NCBI GenBank assembly: GCA_016861085.1
Contig: BOKR01000001.1
Location: forward strand, 761,696-825,695
Length of the DNA stretch: 64,000 nt
Origin: Patescibacteria group bacterium
Lineage (GTDB): Bacteria; Patescibacteriota; Microgenomatia; UBA1400; PJMF01
Direction of reading: 5' to 3'
Of the stretch, positions 10,062-20,543 are shown piece by piece. Position numbers and translations under genes: made by a program. A model generated the notes under the pieces. That model saw only the letters and a list, made by a program, of their open reading frames with translations. It did not search any database and was not told the DNA's origin. Within the stretch, counting starts at the first letter, position 1, and the number at the start of each line of letters is the position of its first letter.

Positions 10062-11445
10062 GATAGCGTTTGTCTCGTGAATTTCCTCTTTTCAAAGTTA
10101 CAGCCTGCCAAAGCTGTGGATTTTCTGTTGCAAGGCTAACTCCAGTAGCCAGTTCTCGGGGACTACCCCAAACCAATTCAAGATTTGGATGCAGAATGTA
10201 ATAGCCCTCTTCATCAACAACTACAAAACCTATGTTCTTTGATTCAAACAAGACTGGTACTACTATCTTCACAATCGGGTTAAACGGTCGCTCGATTTCA
10301 GATTTATCATTTCTTTTTGGTGTTACTCTAAAGATATGTACATCTGTGATGTTCTTGAAAGTTTCAAGTTCATCTTGCGTGATTTCACCCAATTCAGTTT
10401 GAGGAATCGCTACGTGGTTTCCATCCCCCTGCTTCACGACAGCTCGTTGCTTTCCATTTGAATCGACAAATGCAATAGTGTCAACCTCTGGGTTAACATC
10501 AAGATACCTAGAGAATATCGCCTCAACTTCCACAATGGATTTTTGCTCTACCGATAACTGTAAAAACTCAGGGAGTTTGCTTAAAAATACACTGTTGTTT
10601 TTAAACTGTTCAAAAACAAATTGTAATCTATCGGCATAAAACGTATTTTCCAACTCAGTAGTTTTTTGTGCATTAGCTATTAAAATATTTCTTGAATTGT
10701 TGTACACGTAGGTGGTTCTTACAGTAAGTGGAATCAATACGAGCAATGAGATAATCAATACTAATTTTTCTTTAAATGAGGTAAGTATTCTGACCCTCTG
10801 GTCAAAATAAAGTAAAAATGAGTAAAAATACACAGACACTGATAGTGAAATAAAAATAAGATTAAGTGAAAGAGTACTTGATTCTAACTGAATGTAGATA
10901 AGCTCATAAACAATGATAATTGGTAATACGAGTCCAGATAGCAATATTACAAATAATTTTTTAGGAATAAAAAGTCTGTTAATAAAAAACTTATATAAAG
11001 TCAATAAAATAAAAAATAGTGAAGGAGATAAAGACACAAAAGCAAAGCTTGCCTGCAGCAATTGGTTATCACCCTCAACAACAGCACCAATATTAGAAGG
11101 CAATGAAAAGTAAACAGCCCACAAACTATATGCTAAGACAAAAAAGAACCTTGAAACTGTATGTTCACTTACAAGCAAATATCGGGCGACAAACAAATAT
11201 TGGAATAACAAAAAATAGTGAAGTAAAAAAACAAGAATTGAAGAAGTATAACTAGACAGAAAAGGTGGTAACAATGCAAGATTATTTGCTAATCCTACCG
11301 CAGAGAACAACCAAGTTACCACCAAAAAATTAACGAAGAACAGCAAAATTCTTCCTTGCTTTACCTTCCTGATCGAAAAAATAAAAAGCAATGTCGAAAA
11401 CGCAAGCGTGAATAAAATTAGTGGAGATATTAGTAACTCTGTCAT
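10039..11445 (-). CDS. polytopic membrane sensor domain protein (N-terminal part of a probable frameshifted histidine kinase)
   Basis: About 8 TM helices plus a roughly 230-aa soluble domain. Overlaps the HATPase ORF in another frame. Confidence 0.55.
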   Translation of the reverse strand: MTELLISPLILFTLAFSTLLFIFSIRKVKQGRILLFFVNFLVVTWLFSAVGLANNLALLPPFLSSYTSSILVFLLHYFLLFQYLFVARYLLVSEHTVSRFFFVLAYSLWAVYFSLPSNIGAVVEGDNQLLQASFAFVSLSPSLFFILLTLYKFFINRLFIPKKLFVILLSGLVLPIIIVYELIYIQLESSTLSLNLIFISLSVSVYFYSFLLYFDQRVRILTSFKEKLVLIISLLVLIPLTVRTTYVYNNSRNILIANAQKTTELENTFYADRLQFVFEQFKNNSVFLSKLPEFLQLSVEQKSIVEVEAIFSRYLDVNPEVDTIAFVDSNGKQRAVVKQGDGNHVAIPQTELGEITQDELETFKNITDVHIFRVTPKRNDKSEIERPFNPIVKIVVPVLFESKNIGFVVVDEEGYYILHPNLELVWGSPRELATGVSLATENPQLWQAVTLKRGNSRDKRYLDKHLKH

Positions 11446-12497
11446 CCCACTTTTTCATCCTTTTGCTTCTCATTTATCATCTTCTTTAATTTCACCAGTT
11501 CTAGTTCTCTATTAACCATAATATTGTTTAAGTCTTCTAATTCTTTAACTTTCTTCTGAGCAACTTGCTGGTTATCATCTACGCTCTTTGCAATTTCCGA
11601 AAGATCTCTTTTAATCTTCTGCTGTAAATTATTAATAGAATTAGCCATTGTTTCAAATTCATCTTTGGTATCGACTTGAACATAATTTTGATAGTTGCCA
11701 CTTGCAATAAAATCAATAGAAGCAGTTATCTCTTTTATTGGGAATAAGAACCAATACACAAAAAGACCAATTATTATCAAAGCTATTAAAGCTGCAACAA
11801 GTACTTGCCCGGCACTTGTTTGTGCGAACTGTTGGGTTTGACTTAAAACAACCTCTGGCGTAAATGTAATCAATAGATGAAAGTTAATCTGATCAATCCG
11901 TTTCGCAATAAAAAATGAGTCTTTTCCAAAATTTTGTAGATCAGGGGCCTCAAAAGAAAGAACTTCTTCCGAAACTTTTATTTTATCCCACTCAAGCTCT
12001 CTATCCAATGAAACTATTTCTTTTCCCAAATATTGAGACTCTTTTTTACCGATTAACTCTCTTAATTCTGGAACTTCTACTAAACTTTTAAGAATGAGAC
12101 CTTGATTTGTACCGAAAATAACAACACTTGAAGAATCAATCAAATAAATATCCCAACCCTGTTGTGAAAAAAATAACTTTTGAATATTTTCTTCACCAAT
12201 TTTGATAACTGCAACGCCAAGGAATTCTCCAGTATTCTGCCTTGAATAAATTGGATATGAAAAATAATACCCCATGTTGTTTGAAGTTATACCTAAAGCA
12301 GTAGTAATATATACTTTTTCAGACCTAGCTCTAGTAAAGTAATCCCTAAACCCATAGTTATTTCCTTCAAACGTTGGATCTGTTGATGCAAGCGTTAATC
12401 CTTCTGAATTGAGCAAATAAATACTTTCGTAATTTTGCGCCGCATTATATGAGTTAAGATGATCTATATATATCTTGGTGAAGTACACCTTGATCAC
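11442..12497 (-). CDS. Cache-like sensor / TM / HAMP / coiled-coil protein (C-terminal part; probably continuous with 12454-12768 through a frameshift)
   Basis: GTG start. A second TM is followed by HAMP (ITASIDFIASGNYQNYVQVDTKDEFETMANSINNLQQ). No output domain. Confidence 0.5.
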   Translation of the reverse strand: MIKVYFTKIYIDHLNSYNAAQNYESIYLLNSEGLTLASTDPTFEGNNYGFRDYFTRARSEKVYITTALGITSNNMGYYFSYPIYSRQNTGEFLGVAVIKIGEENIQKLFFSQQGWDIYLIDSSSVVIFGTNQGLILKSLVEVPELRELIGKKESQYLGKEIVSLDRELEWDKIKVSEEVLSFEAPDLQNFGKDSFFIAKRIDQINFHLLITFTPEVVLSQTQQFAQTSAGQVLVAALIALIIIGLFVYWFLFPIKEITASIDFIASGNYQNYVQVDTKDEFETMANSINNLQQKIKRDLSEIAKSVDDNQQVAQKKVKELEDLNNIMVNRELELVKLKKMINEKQKDEKVG

Positions 12498-12768
12498 CTT
12501 CTAGAAAATTAATTACCTTTTCATCTTGTGAAAGTATTTTTACCAACCGCTGCGAAACAGAAAATTCATAAGCCAGCCTCTCCTCTTGATAATCTGCAAT
12601 TCTTTTTAATTCATTGGTTTTATCAGTAATTGCTCTATCATTTATCCCCCTGAAAATAACCAGACTGACTCCACTTGCAATGATCGAAATAACTATCAAA
12701 CACACAAACAAGACTTTATAAATCACAGATACATAAGGCCTTCTTATCTTGGCTAAGACAGTTTGCAT
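12454..12768 (-). CDS. N-terminal TM plus start of Cache sensor (5' part of the gene above)
   Basis: Overlaps the next ORF by 44 nt in another frame. The overlap spans a (TA)4-5 dinucleotide tract at 12464-12474. Confidence 0.45.
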   Translation of the reverse strand: MQTVLAKIRRPYVSVIYKVLFVCLIVISIIASGVSLVIFRGINDRAITDKTNELKRIADYQEERLAYEFSVSQRLVKILSQDEKVINFLEGDQGVLHQDIYRSS

Positions 12769-12846
12769 GGGCAGTATTTTTTCATTTGTATACCAACAAT
12801 TTTACTCAATAAATCAGAGGAATGAAAGGGTACAAACTATATTAGT

Positions 12847-13755
12847 TTACTGGCAACTGAATCGTGCAAATACACCAGTCGATAATTGCCGGTTCGTTTT
12901 GGTCTCTTCAATGATTAGTTCTCCGGCTTCTACACTACCGTTGTAGCTCTTCATATTCTCCTGTAATAGTGAGCCTAGAGTCTGTATAGAAATTGGGACT
13001 GCATACGCATTACAAAGCACAAATAATGGCTCATCTACCAAAATCTGTGTACATAAATCCAGTAAGAGTGGAAACGACGATTTAAAATTCCAAACTTCAC
13101 CTTTTGAACCATGGCCGTATGCAGGGGGGTCCATGATGATCCCGTCATACTTCACTCCACGTTTTATCTCTCTAGTCACAAATTTGACCACATCATCCAA
13201 AATCCACCGGATAGATCTTTCATCAAGCCCAGAGGCTAATTGGTTTTGCTTTGCCCATCCAATTGATGACCGAGAAGCATCAACGTGTGTAACTTTTGCT
13301 CCCATTTTTGCACAAACAACACTTGCCATTCCTGTGTATGCAAAAAGATTTAAAATGTGGGGTTGATGCCCTGGATTTTGTTTCTTGTGTTTTTCTAGTA
13401 TATCCTGCATCCATTTCCAGTGCGCGCTTTGCTCTGGAAATATTCCTGTGTGTTTGAATGGCGAGAGGTGCACGCTGGCAACTAAGTCCTGCCAGCGTAT
13501 TGGCCATGACTCAGGCAACTGTTTTTTCATCTGCCAGAATCCTTTGTCACCTTGAGTTTTTCTAAAAGTTGCATCCGCAGTATTCCAAACCTGTTCAGGT
13601 TGTGATTTTGGCCAGTTAATTCCAGGGTGTGGACGTCGTAAAATATATGGGCCAAATCGCTCAAGCTTTTCGTCTCGACCACTATCAATGAGTTCATACT
13701 CATCCCAGCCAGTTTGTTTTATGGTAGTTAGTTTAAAGGACAAAAGATCGCTCAT
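12847..13755 (-). CDS. class I SAM-dependent RNA methyltransferase (RlmI/YccW-like, PF10672-type)
   Basis: LNLFAYTGMASVVCAKMGAKVTHVDAS...DGIIMDPPAYG. Confidence 0.65.
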   Translation of the reverse strand: MSDLLSFKLTTIKQTGWDEYELIDSGRDEKLERFGPYILRRPHPGINWPKSQPEQVWNTADATFRKTQGDKGFWQMKKQLPESWPIRWQDLVASVHLSPFKHTGIFPEQSAHWKWMQDILEKHKKQNPGHQPHILNLFAYTGMASVVCAKMGAKVTHVDASRSSIGWAKQNQLASGLDERSIRWILDDVVKFVTREIKRGVKYDGIIMDPPAYGHGSKGEVWNFKSSFPLLLDLCTQILVDEPLFVLCNAYAVPISIQTLGSLLQENMKSYNGSVEAGELIIEETKTNRQLSTGVFARFSCQ

Positions 13756-14222
13756 AGCTCAATAGTTACTTCCTTGCCTTCTTCCCACAGCTCCTCGTTA
13801 AAAAATTTGATTTTTTTGGGGATTATTTTATACATCCTGCCGCTTATCAGTTTTTTTGTCATACCCTCATAGCTGTACTCTGTGCTTGTAACTCCCAAAG
13901 TTTTTTTCCACAGATTGAGTGCATGCGTAATTTTATGTTTCCCTGAAATCTGTTGCGCTACCCCAAAAATTTGTAACCCTTTTTTGTTGCTTGTTGGATT
14001 TTGCGGAGAGTCAGCAATTGCTACTGCTACTTTTTGATTTTCATCTATTTGTTTACAGTGCAGAGTATTTGGGCTACTTAAAAAGTAAAGATTTAGTTCA
14101 TCATCAAATGAAAAATAGAGTGTGGCAATCCACGGGTATTCGGCTCCACTTGTTGCTAGAACCATTTGGTACTTATCGGTTAAATATTTTTTAATTAGGC
14201 CTCTGTGTTTTTCTTCTAACAT
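13752..14222 (-). CDS. pyridoxamine 5'-phosphate oxidase-like FMN-binding protein
   Basis: PNPOx split-barrel pattern (MVLATSGAEYPWIATLYFSFDDELNLYFLSS). ATGA overlap with the methyltransferase. Confidence 0.55.
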   Translation of the reverse strand: MLEEKHRGLIKKYLTDKYQMVLATSGAEYPWIATLYFSFDDELNLYFLSSPNTLHCKQIDENQKVAVAIADSPQNPTSNKKGLQIFGVAQQISGKHKITHALNLWKKTLGVTSTEYSYEGMTKKLISGRMYKIIPKKIKFFNEELWEEGKEVTIEL

Positions 14223-14237
14223 AGTAGAAATTATACT

Positions 14238-15443
14238 TTAAAGTTGACTTAATGCATGAACAATCATTCCAGAAGCCCATGCGAAAGGAGATTCTGACTG
14301 GTATGCCAAGCGCTTTACCGGTTCGTTCTTTCCATTTGGTTCATAACATTCATGGATTTGCTGATCTACAACTATTTTTGCTGAAATCTTTTGTGCTAAC
14401 TTTTCCGCTTCTTTTTTTCGCCCCATTTTTTGAAGAGCTGAGAGAAAACTAATAACTGGCTGCCACCAAATAACAGATTGATTTTGATAGTCACCCATAC
14501 CAATCGCTCTATGCAAGAAGTCTACTCTCCACCATGGATATTTTGGCGTATTGGTTTGAATACCAAACTGTGCCGTTGCCCCACCAACAGAATCCAAAAT
14601 TGAATGGGATTCTTCTTCATTAGTTAACCCCCATGCAACTGCTAAACAATTTCCATACGGATATAAGTAATCATGTCGTTTTATGTCATTCCAATCAGCA
14701 AAATATTTGCCATTCCACAGACGTTTTCGTAATGCCTCAGCAATATGCTGTTTTTTTTGACCAAACTCCAAACTCAACTTTTTGTTAAATCCAAGAGAAA
14801 AATGCTCCAAACGGTCATACATATACCAGTAAATCACGTTTGAATATAATAGGTTGCCAAATTTCCAAACACAATCATTCCACTCAGCCATTGGGCCATC
14901 CCAAAGTAATCCATTTTTTTCTTTGGTTTTAAGAAATTCTAGCGCACTGATGATCTTTTGTAGATGCTCTTTCCTATTCATCAAAGCTGAAAATAAAACA
15001 GTGAGTGTGGTGCCATCTAAAATATTTTGGCCAATACCTCTTAATCTATATGTAGGTTGAGGTGTTTCAAGATACGTCGGCTTGCCACGATATTTTCCCA
15101 ATGTCATTTTTGATCTCATTAGACGATATGGAAGCATCCCACTAGGTAATTGGAAAGAAAAAAACTGGTCGATCATTCGGTTAACCACTGCGAAATCTTC
15201 TTGTCCACCAAGGGTCATAGCCCCAAGCGCTGCAAAGTATCCGTCCCTTCCCCATACATCTGTGAAGTGATGCGGGCCTGCGATAATGCCTTCAGAAACA
15301 TAACAGGTTCGCAAATCTCTCTGAGCTATTTGCAATGCTTCCTTGATAGGAGTTCTCAACATATTTGGGATTATATCACCTGATTTTTCACGATAAAATT
15401 GAGCATGATCTTTGCATGCTAAATATATTGCTGTATCATTCAA
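14238..15443 (-). CDS. glycoside hydrolase, (alpha/alpha)6-barrel GDE_C/GH63-like
   Basis: HHFTDVWGRDGYFAALGA together with the acidic and aromatic residues typical of amylo-alpha-1,6-glucosidase/GH63 catalytic domains. Confidence 0.5.
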   Translation of the reverse strand: MNDTAIYLACKDHAQFYREKSGDIIPNMLRTPIKEALQIAQRDLRTCYVSEGIIAGPHHFTDVWGRDGYFAALGAMTLGGQEDFAVVNRMIDQFFSFQLPSGMLPYRLMRSKMTLGKYRGKPTYLETPQPTYRLRGIGQNILDGTTLTVLFSALMNRKEHLQKIISALEFLKTKEKNGLLWDGPMAEWNDCVWKFGNLLYSNVIYWYMYDRLEHFSLGFNKKLSLEFGQKKQHIAEALRKRLWNGKYFADWNDIKRHDYLYPYGNCLAVAWGLTNEEESHSILDSVGGATAQFGIQTNTPKYPWWRVDFLHRAIGMGDYQNQSVIWWQPVISFLSALQKMGRKKEAEKLAQKISAKIVVDQQIHECYEPNGKNEPVKRLAYQSESPFAWASGMIVHALSQL

Positions 15444-15462
15444 ATAATGCTAGTATAAAAAC

Positions 15463-16275
15463 ATGAAGATACAACCAGAAAAAATATTTAACCATTGGAC
15501 ATTGCTTGTCATAAATATATTGATCGTTATCGCAGCAGAAGCAAGTGGTACTTTTTTTGCTCGATCAGGATTAATTCATCTTCTCGCAATAATTTTTGTT
15601 GGGCTAGGATTAGTCAGATTGTGGTTTCATACACACGTCCACGATCAATATTTGGAACCAATAATTCATAGAGGAATACTTGCGTTACTTGTTTTAGCAA
15701 TTTCACATATTGTTGAATATTTTAGCTTCATGCACCTTAAATTACCCCGACAAGCAATTTATGCAAATGTGATCAACTTTTATCTTGCCGGCTTGTTGAT
15801 TATTAATTTAGGAGTAGAAGGATTTCTGAGAAAATTACGCAATGATTCCTCAAAGATTATTCCAACTTCTTGGATAGTTATTGCGGGATTCTTTGTGTTG
15901 ATTGGTATTTTATTTATGAATCCACAATCGGTGAGTCTTAGTCCTGGCAGTTGGCACGTCTTTGGGTATCTTTTAGCTACAACACTCGTTGCTACATTTA
16001 GTATTTACAGACTAACACTACTTAAAAATCACGTTGCAATTATGGTCAAATTCATTAGCTATTTTATTGCCGGTATTATTTTAATTTCAGCCTGCGCAGT
16101 GATTTCTGCTACTGAAGAATACATTGCCAAATTGGGCGTACCTACTATTCAAATCGCATTTATTAATCATTTCTTGTTTTATGGAGCATTGAGTTTAGTT
16201 TTTCTGGCGTATGAGAGATTGCTCCATTTAGGAGGTGTTTATGATGATTTAGAAAAGTTGTATGGTGCTCAGTAA
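15463..16275 (+). CDS. polytopic membrane protein, hypothetical
   Basis: Seven or more predicted TM helices. Confidence 0.45.
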   Translation: MKIQPEKIFNHWTLLVINILIVIAAEASGTFFARSGLIHLLAIIFVGLGLVRLWFHTHVHDQYLEPIIHRGILALLVLAISHIVEYFSFMHLKLPRQAIYANVINFYLAGLLIINLGVEGFLRKLRNDSSKIIPTSWIVIAGFFVLIGILFMNPQSVSLSPGSWHVFGYLLATTLVATFSIYRLTLLKNHVAIMVKFISYFIAGIILISACAVISATEEYIAKLGVPTIQIAFINHFLFYGALSLVFLAYERLLHLGGVYDDLEKLYGAQ

Positions 16276-16290
16276 ATAAGGTGTTCTGTT

Positions 16291-16767
16291 TTATTTTATT
16301 TTACATTTCTGTTTAATTACCGCCTCAACATTTCTAGGCAAATGATATGTTGTGCCAATTTCTGTAACTGGCACAAAACCACGCCACTCAATATTTTTTT
16401 CGGTTGGTTGTGATAATTCACCATCTAATGTTGCGCTGTAAAATAGTTGCAAAGTCTGATGATATTTTTTATTACTAAAATGATAAAACCAATTCGTTTC
16501 AGCATGAAGTAATTCACCAATTTTAATTTTCGCACCACCTTCTTCTAAACCTTCCCTTGCCAGTGTTTCTTCAATCGTCTCACCAAATTCAATACCACCA
16601 CCAACAATATCGTGCAACTTTTCTTTTCGATTTTTGATAATTAAAACCGTGTCATTTTTTGTAATTACTGCGTATGCAGAAACTCTCCAAGTAATTTCAG
16701 AACCATCATACATAACTACTTCTTGGTCTGCGTTTAAAAATGTTTTGTTTTGTAATCGACTATTCAT
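16291..16767 (-). CDS. NUDIX hydrolase
   Basis: Nudix box GGGIEFGETIEETLAREGLEEGG. Confidence 0.8.
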   Translation of the reverse strand: MNSRLQNKTFLNADQEVVMYDGSEITWRVSAYAVITKNDTVLIIKNRKEKLHDIVGGGIEFGETIEETLAREGLEEGGAKIKIGELLHAETNWFYHFSNKKYHQTLQLFYSATLDGELSQPTEKNIEWRGFVPVTEIGTTYHLPRNVEAVIKQKCKIK

Positions 16768-16779
16768 TATTTCCTTTTT

Positions 16780-17958
16780 TCATAACCTTTTAGGTCTTCC
16801 TACATACAGTAATACCAAAATCAAAAATAATACAGCTGAATTAAATTGCAAAGCAGCAGTCAAATTAAATTTATCTGCGATGAGTCCTAATACAGGGCCA
16901 AATCCAGCATAAATAAATCTTCTAATCAAATTCATAAATGACAAAACTGTTGCTGCACGATTTGAAGGAACCAGTGCCAATACTTTATGGGAAACTAGAG
17001 TTTGATTAATGACAAGAAACAAATTAAAAAATAGCCAGAGTGGAAAAATGAATAAACTTGGAAAAGTTCCAAGTAAAAATAATGAAATAATTGCAATTAA
17101 ACCCATCACAATAAATGGTCTCCTCACAAGCCGCTCCAAGATTTCAATATGTGCTGATCCGAATGCAGTAACAATATTAAAACTCGCAAAAATAATTCCA
17201 AAGTAAATAACTGGCACACCAAGATTTTGCAAATAAGGTTGGGAGAACCAACTTGTTGACCAAATGAGTGCATTAAATGATGCAAAAAACAATACCAACC
17301 ACAATACAGTTTTACTGTTTGTAACGATCTTCAAACTCTCTTTGATTATTTGAACATACTCTGTTTTTTCTTCCCTTGGCAGTTCTTCTTTTGTTTCTGT
17401 AAAAGTCAAACTTGTTAAAAATCCAATAAAGGTTGAAACTGCCGTTGCAAGCAACGTGTAACTAAGCGATATTGACCCAAGAACACCACCTAGCAACTTT
17501 CCTACCGCTCTAGAAATACTGGTAAGACCTCGAACCTTACCTTCAGTTTTTTTATATTCAGCTCCTCTTCCAAGTGATTTGAGAGTCTCATGAATAAATG
17601 CACTATCAGCACCAGAAATAAGAGCTGCCCCCACCGCAATAGTTAATTCGCCAACAATGAAGTGCCAAAACATAGTTCCAATTCCGTAAACAAAAAATCC
17701 AAGTGTAAAAAAAAGTGAGCCAAAAACCAAACTAATTCTTTTTCCAAAATAATCAGCTAATGCACCAGTTGGCAACTCAAGAATAATAACTCCGATAGCG
17801 TAAATAGATTGCAGCCACATGATTTGGGAAAAATTCAATCCTTTTGACTGCCAAAACAACACTATCACAGGAGCAAAAAATTCAAGACTATTAAAAAACT
17901 GAAATGAATAATATTTTTTTATGTTACCGGCTAACACCATAGAGTTTATTATATGCAT
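16780..17958 (-). CDS. MFS transporter
   Basis: 12-TM topology. GKRISLVFGSLFF loop motif. Confidence 0.7.
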   Translation of the reverse strand: MHIINSMVLAGNIKKYYSFQFFNSLEFFAPVIVLFWQSKGLNFSQIMWLQSIYAIGVIILELPTGALADYFGKRISLVFGSLFFTLGFFVYGIGTMFWHFIVGELTIAVGAALISGADSAFIHETLKSLGRGAEYKKTEGKVRGLTSISRAVGKLLGGVLGSISLSYTLLATAVSTFIGFLTSLTFTETKEELPREEKTEYVQIIKESLKIVTNSKTVLWLVLFFASFNALIWSTSWFSQPYLQNLGVPVIYFGIIFASFNIVTAFGSAHIEILERLVRRPFIVMGLIAIISLFLLGTFPSLFIFPLWLFFNLFLVINQTLVSHKVLALVPSNRAATVLSFMNLIRRFIYAGFGPVLGLIADKFNLTAALQFNSAVLFLILVLLYVGRPKRL

Positions 17959-18067
17959 TTTTTTTGCTTTTACCTTCAGTAATTTAGGATTTATATCTTA
18001 TAACTTGTTATTATAGTGATATTGTGATATAATCCTTCTATTAAAATAAAACTCAATTGGTTCAAGC

Positions 18068-19315
18068 TTGTATATTCTTGTCTTTTGCCTTTTGCGTAAA
18101 AGAAAAATATATATGTATAACCAAAGGAACTCCCGAGGTGGTTTTAACCATTCACAGGGAAATTATAGATCGTTCAATTCTCAGCAGAATCGTGGTGGTG
18201 GTGGAAGAAAGAAAATTTCTTTTGACCCTTCTATGATCGTGCAACAACATGCTGTAGCTGAACCTGAAAAACCAAAGTATCAGGCAAAGCATACTTTTGC
18301 TGACTTTCCTATTTGTGAACAGCTCAAAAAAAATATTCTTGCAAAAGGGTATTCTGTACCTACTCCAATTCAAGACCAAGCAATCCCTCATATTCTAGAC
18401 ACAAGAGATATTATTGGACTTGCAAGTACTGGAACTGGTAAAACAGCTGCTTTTTTGATTCCACTAATTAACAACATATACCAAAATTCTGGCAGAGTCT
18501 TAATTATGGCTCCAACCAGAGAATTGGCAGTACAGATCAGAGCAGAATTTACTGACTTTGTTCAAGGCATGGATCTTTATTCAGCCCTTTGTATTGGTGG
18601 TGTTCCTTTAGATAGACAGATAGCTACCGTTAAAAGAAGACCTCATTTTATTATTGGAACCCCAGGAAGATTGATTGACTTAGAAAAACGTGGAGTTTTA
18701 AACTTCAAAGATTTTTCTGCTATCGTTTTGGACGAAGTTGATCGTATGTTTGATATGGGTTTTATCGAAAACATGAAGTATGTTATTGCCCGTTTACCAG
18801 AGCAACGACACTCATTATTCTTTTCTGCAACTCTGCCTAATAAATTGACTGATATCGTTCGCAGCTTTTTGAGACACCCTATTACTGTAGAAATTGAAAA
18901 ACAAACAACTTCCGCAAACGTTAAGCAAGAGGTTATAAAAGTGAATGGAAAATCAAAAGTTGATATTTTGCATGAGTTATTAAAAACTGAAGGATTTACA
19001 AAAGTATTGGTCTTTGGCAGAACTAAACATGGACTCAACAAACTTTCAACCGCTCTAGATAAACGCGGTTTCAAAGTTGGTGCCATTCACGGAAATAAAT
19101 CACAAAACCACAGACAAAAAATATTGCAGCAATTTAAAGATGACCGTTTACAAGTTTTACTAGCTACAGATATTGCATCAAGAGGCTTAGATATTGATAA
19201 CGTTACTCACGTAATTAACTACGATCTTCCACAAACATACGAAGATTACATTCATCGTATTGGTAGAACTGGTAGAGCTAATAAAACGGGCGCTGCGTTT
19301 AGCTTTGTTGATTAA
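18068..19315 (+). CDS. DEAD-box ATP-dependent RNA helicase
   Basis: ASTGTGKTAAF (motif I), DEVDRM (DEAD-like), SAT, HRIGRTGR, plus an RGG-rich N-terminus. The real start is probably MYNQRN near 18113. Confidence 0.9.
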   Translation: MYILVFCLLRKRKIYMYNQRNSRGGFNHSQGNYRSFNSQQNRGGGGRKKISFDPSMIVQQHAVAEPEKPKYQAKHTFADFPICEQLKKNILAKGYSVPTPIQDQAIPHILDTRDIIGLASTGTGKTAAFLIPLINNIYQNSGRVLIMAPTRELAVQIRAEFTDFVQGMDLYSALCIGGVPLDRQIATVKRRPHFIIGTPGRLIDLEKRGVLNFKDFSAIVLDEVDRMFDMGFIENMKYVIARLPEQRHSLFFSATLPNKLTDIVRSFLRHPITVEIEKQTTSANVKQEVIKVNGKSKVDILHELLKTEGFTKVLVFGRTKHGLNKLSTALDKRGFKVGAIHGNKSQNHRQKILQQFKDDRLQVLLATDIASRGLDIDNVTHVINYDLPQTYEDYIHRIGRTGRANKTGAAFSFVD

Positions 19316-20489
19316 CGGTTTGTAGTAATTTTACAGTTACTGGCACAACTGTTAGTAGCGTAAAGATTCCTAAAACTGAAAACATTACTGTTATTCCGAA
19401 TTGTGAAATAATTGTCCCTGAAATTGAAGTTAACAGAATGTATACAAACCCAATTGCAAAACTCAGAAACGAAATTGCAGTTGCTCTGTATTTACTTGAA
19501 AATGCTTTGTTTGTCAGGGGTGCAAGTAAAATCCATCGCGCAGTTGTAACAACCATTGCAGCTTGCACAAATAACACGCCCCAAAAATCTTTTAGTAAGA
19601 ATCCTGGCAAATATGCGATCAGCATTACAATCGGGAAAAATAAAATTCTTCTTTTAAGATTAAATACTTTGTTATTCTGCAGTACAGATCTAATTGCCAA
19701 AATGTTAATCAATCGCATTCCTGCAGTAAGAAACCCTCTCAGACTGTCTGATGTTACAAACTCTGTCATCATAAAACCATTAAAATATAAAGTGCTTGAC
19801 CACCCAATACCAGCAACTAAAATATAAAAAAGTGAAAGATAGGTAGTGCTTTGGTCTTTGAATGCTTCCTTTGATCCATTTTTTATTTGCAACAAGTAAT
19901 TTTTAAGCGTAAAAGTTTCTGAGTCGATTCTTGGCTCTTTGTATAAAGAAATCAAAAGAGCTCCAACAGACAAACATACACCATACAATACATACGGTAA
20001 AAATACCCATTTTGAATACAGCAATCCACCAAGAGCTGTGGCTATAATCAATCCAACTTGATAAATAAAATCACTATTTCCATACATTTTTTCAAACTCA
20101 TGCTCTTTGCCTGCCTGCTTGTATGAATCATATAAAAGAGCTTCCTCTGAACCAGAACGAAACGAGTCATTGATGCCAACCATTAGTGCTAGAATTAAAA
20201 AATGGGTAAAGTTGGTTGCCAATGGGAACAAGAAAAAACTGACTGCACCAATCACCCAACCCACTAGATTTGTGTTTCTTCTCCCAATCAAATCTGCGAG
20301 TGCACCACTTGGCAATTCCAACGCCATCTGAGCAACATACTGGATTGTCACCAAATATGAAATCTCGGCAGTAGAAATTTTTCCTTGGTAATACACAATC
20401 CAAATTGGAATAGTAAAAATCAGAGAATGCAGAAACTGTGTGATATAAAAAATCCACATATTCCTTTTATAGATCGGGAGGTTTTTCAT
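19299..20489 (-). CDS. MFS transporter
   Basis: 12-TM topology. Convergent 17-nt overlap with the helicase gene. Confidence 0.7.
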   Translation of the reverse strand: MKNLPIYKRNMWIFYITQFLHSLIFTIPIWIVYYQGKISTAEISYLVTIQYVAQMALELPSGALADLIGRRNTNLVGWVIGAVSFFLFPLATNFTHFLILALMVGINDSFRSGSEEALLYDSYKQAGKEHEFEKMYGNSDFIYQVGLIIATALGGLLYSKWVFLPYVLYGVCLSVGALLISLYKEPRIDSETFTLKNYLLQIKNGSKEAFKDQSTTYLSLFYILVAGIGWSSTLYFNGFMMTEFVTSDSLRGFLTAGMRLINILAIRSVLQNNKVFNLKRRILFFPIVMLIAYLPGFLLKDFWGVLFVQAAMVVTTARWILLAPLTNKAFSSKYRATAISFLSFAIGFVYILLTSISGTIISQFGITVMFSVLGIFTLLTVVPVTVKLLQTVNQQS

Positions 20490-20543
20490 AGACTGTGTTT
20501 ATTTGTCCACATAGTGTACCATGCTTGAGTACCTTGAGCTATA

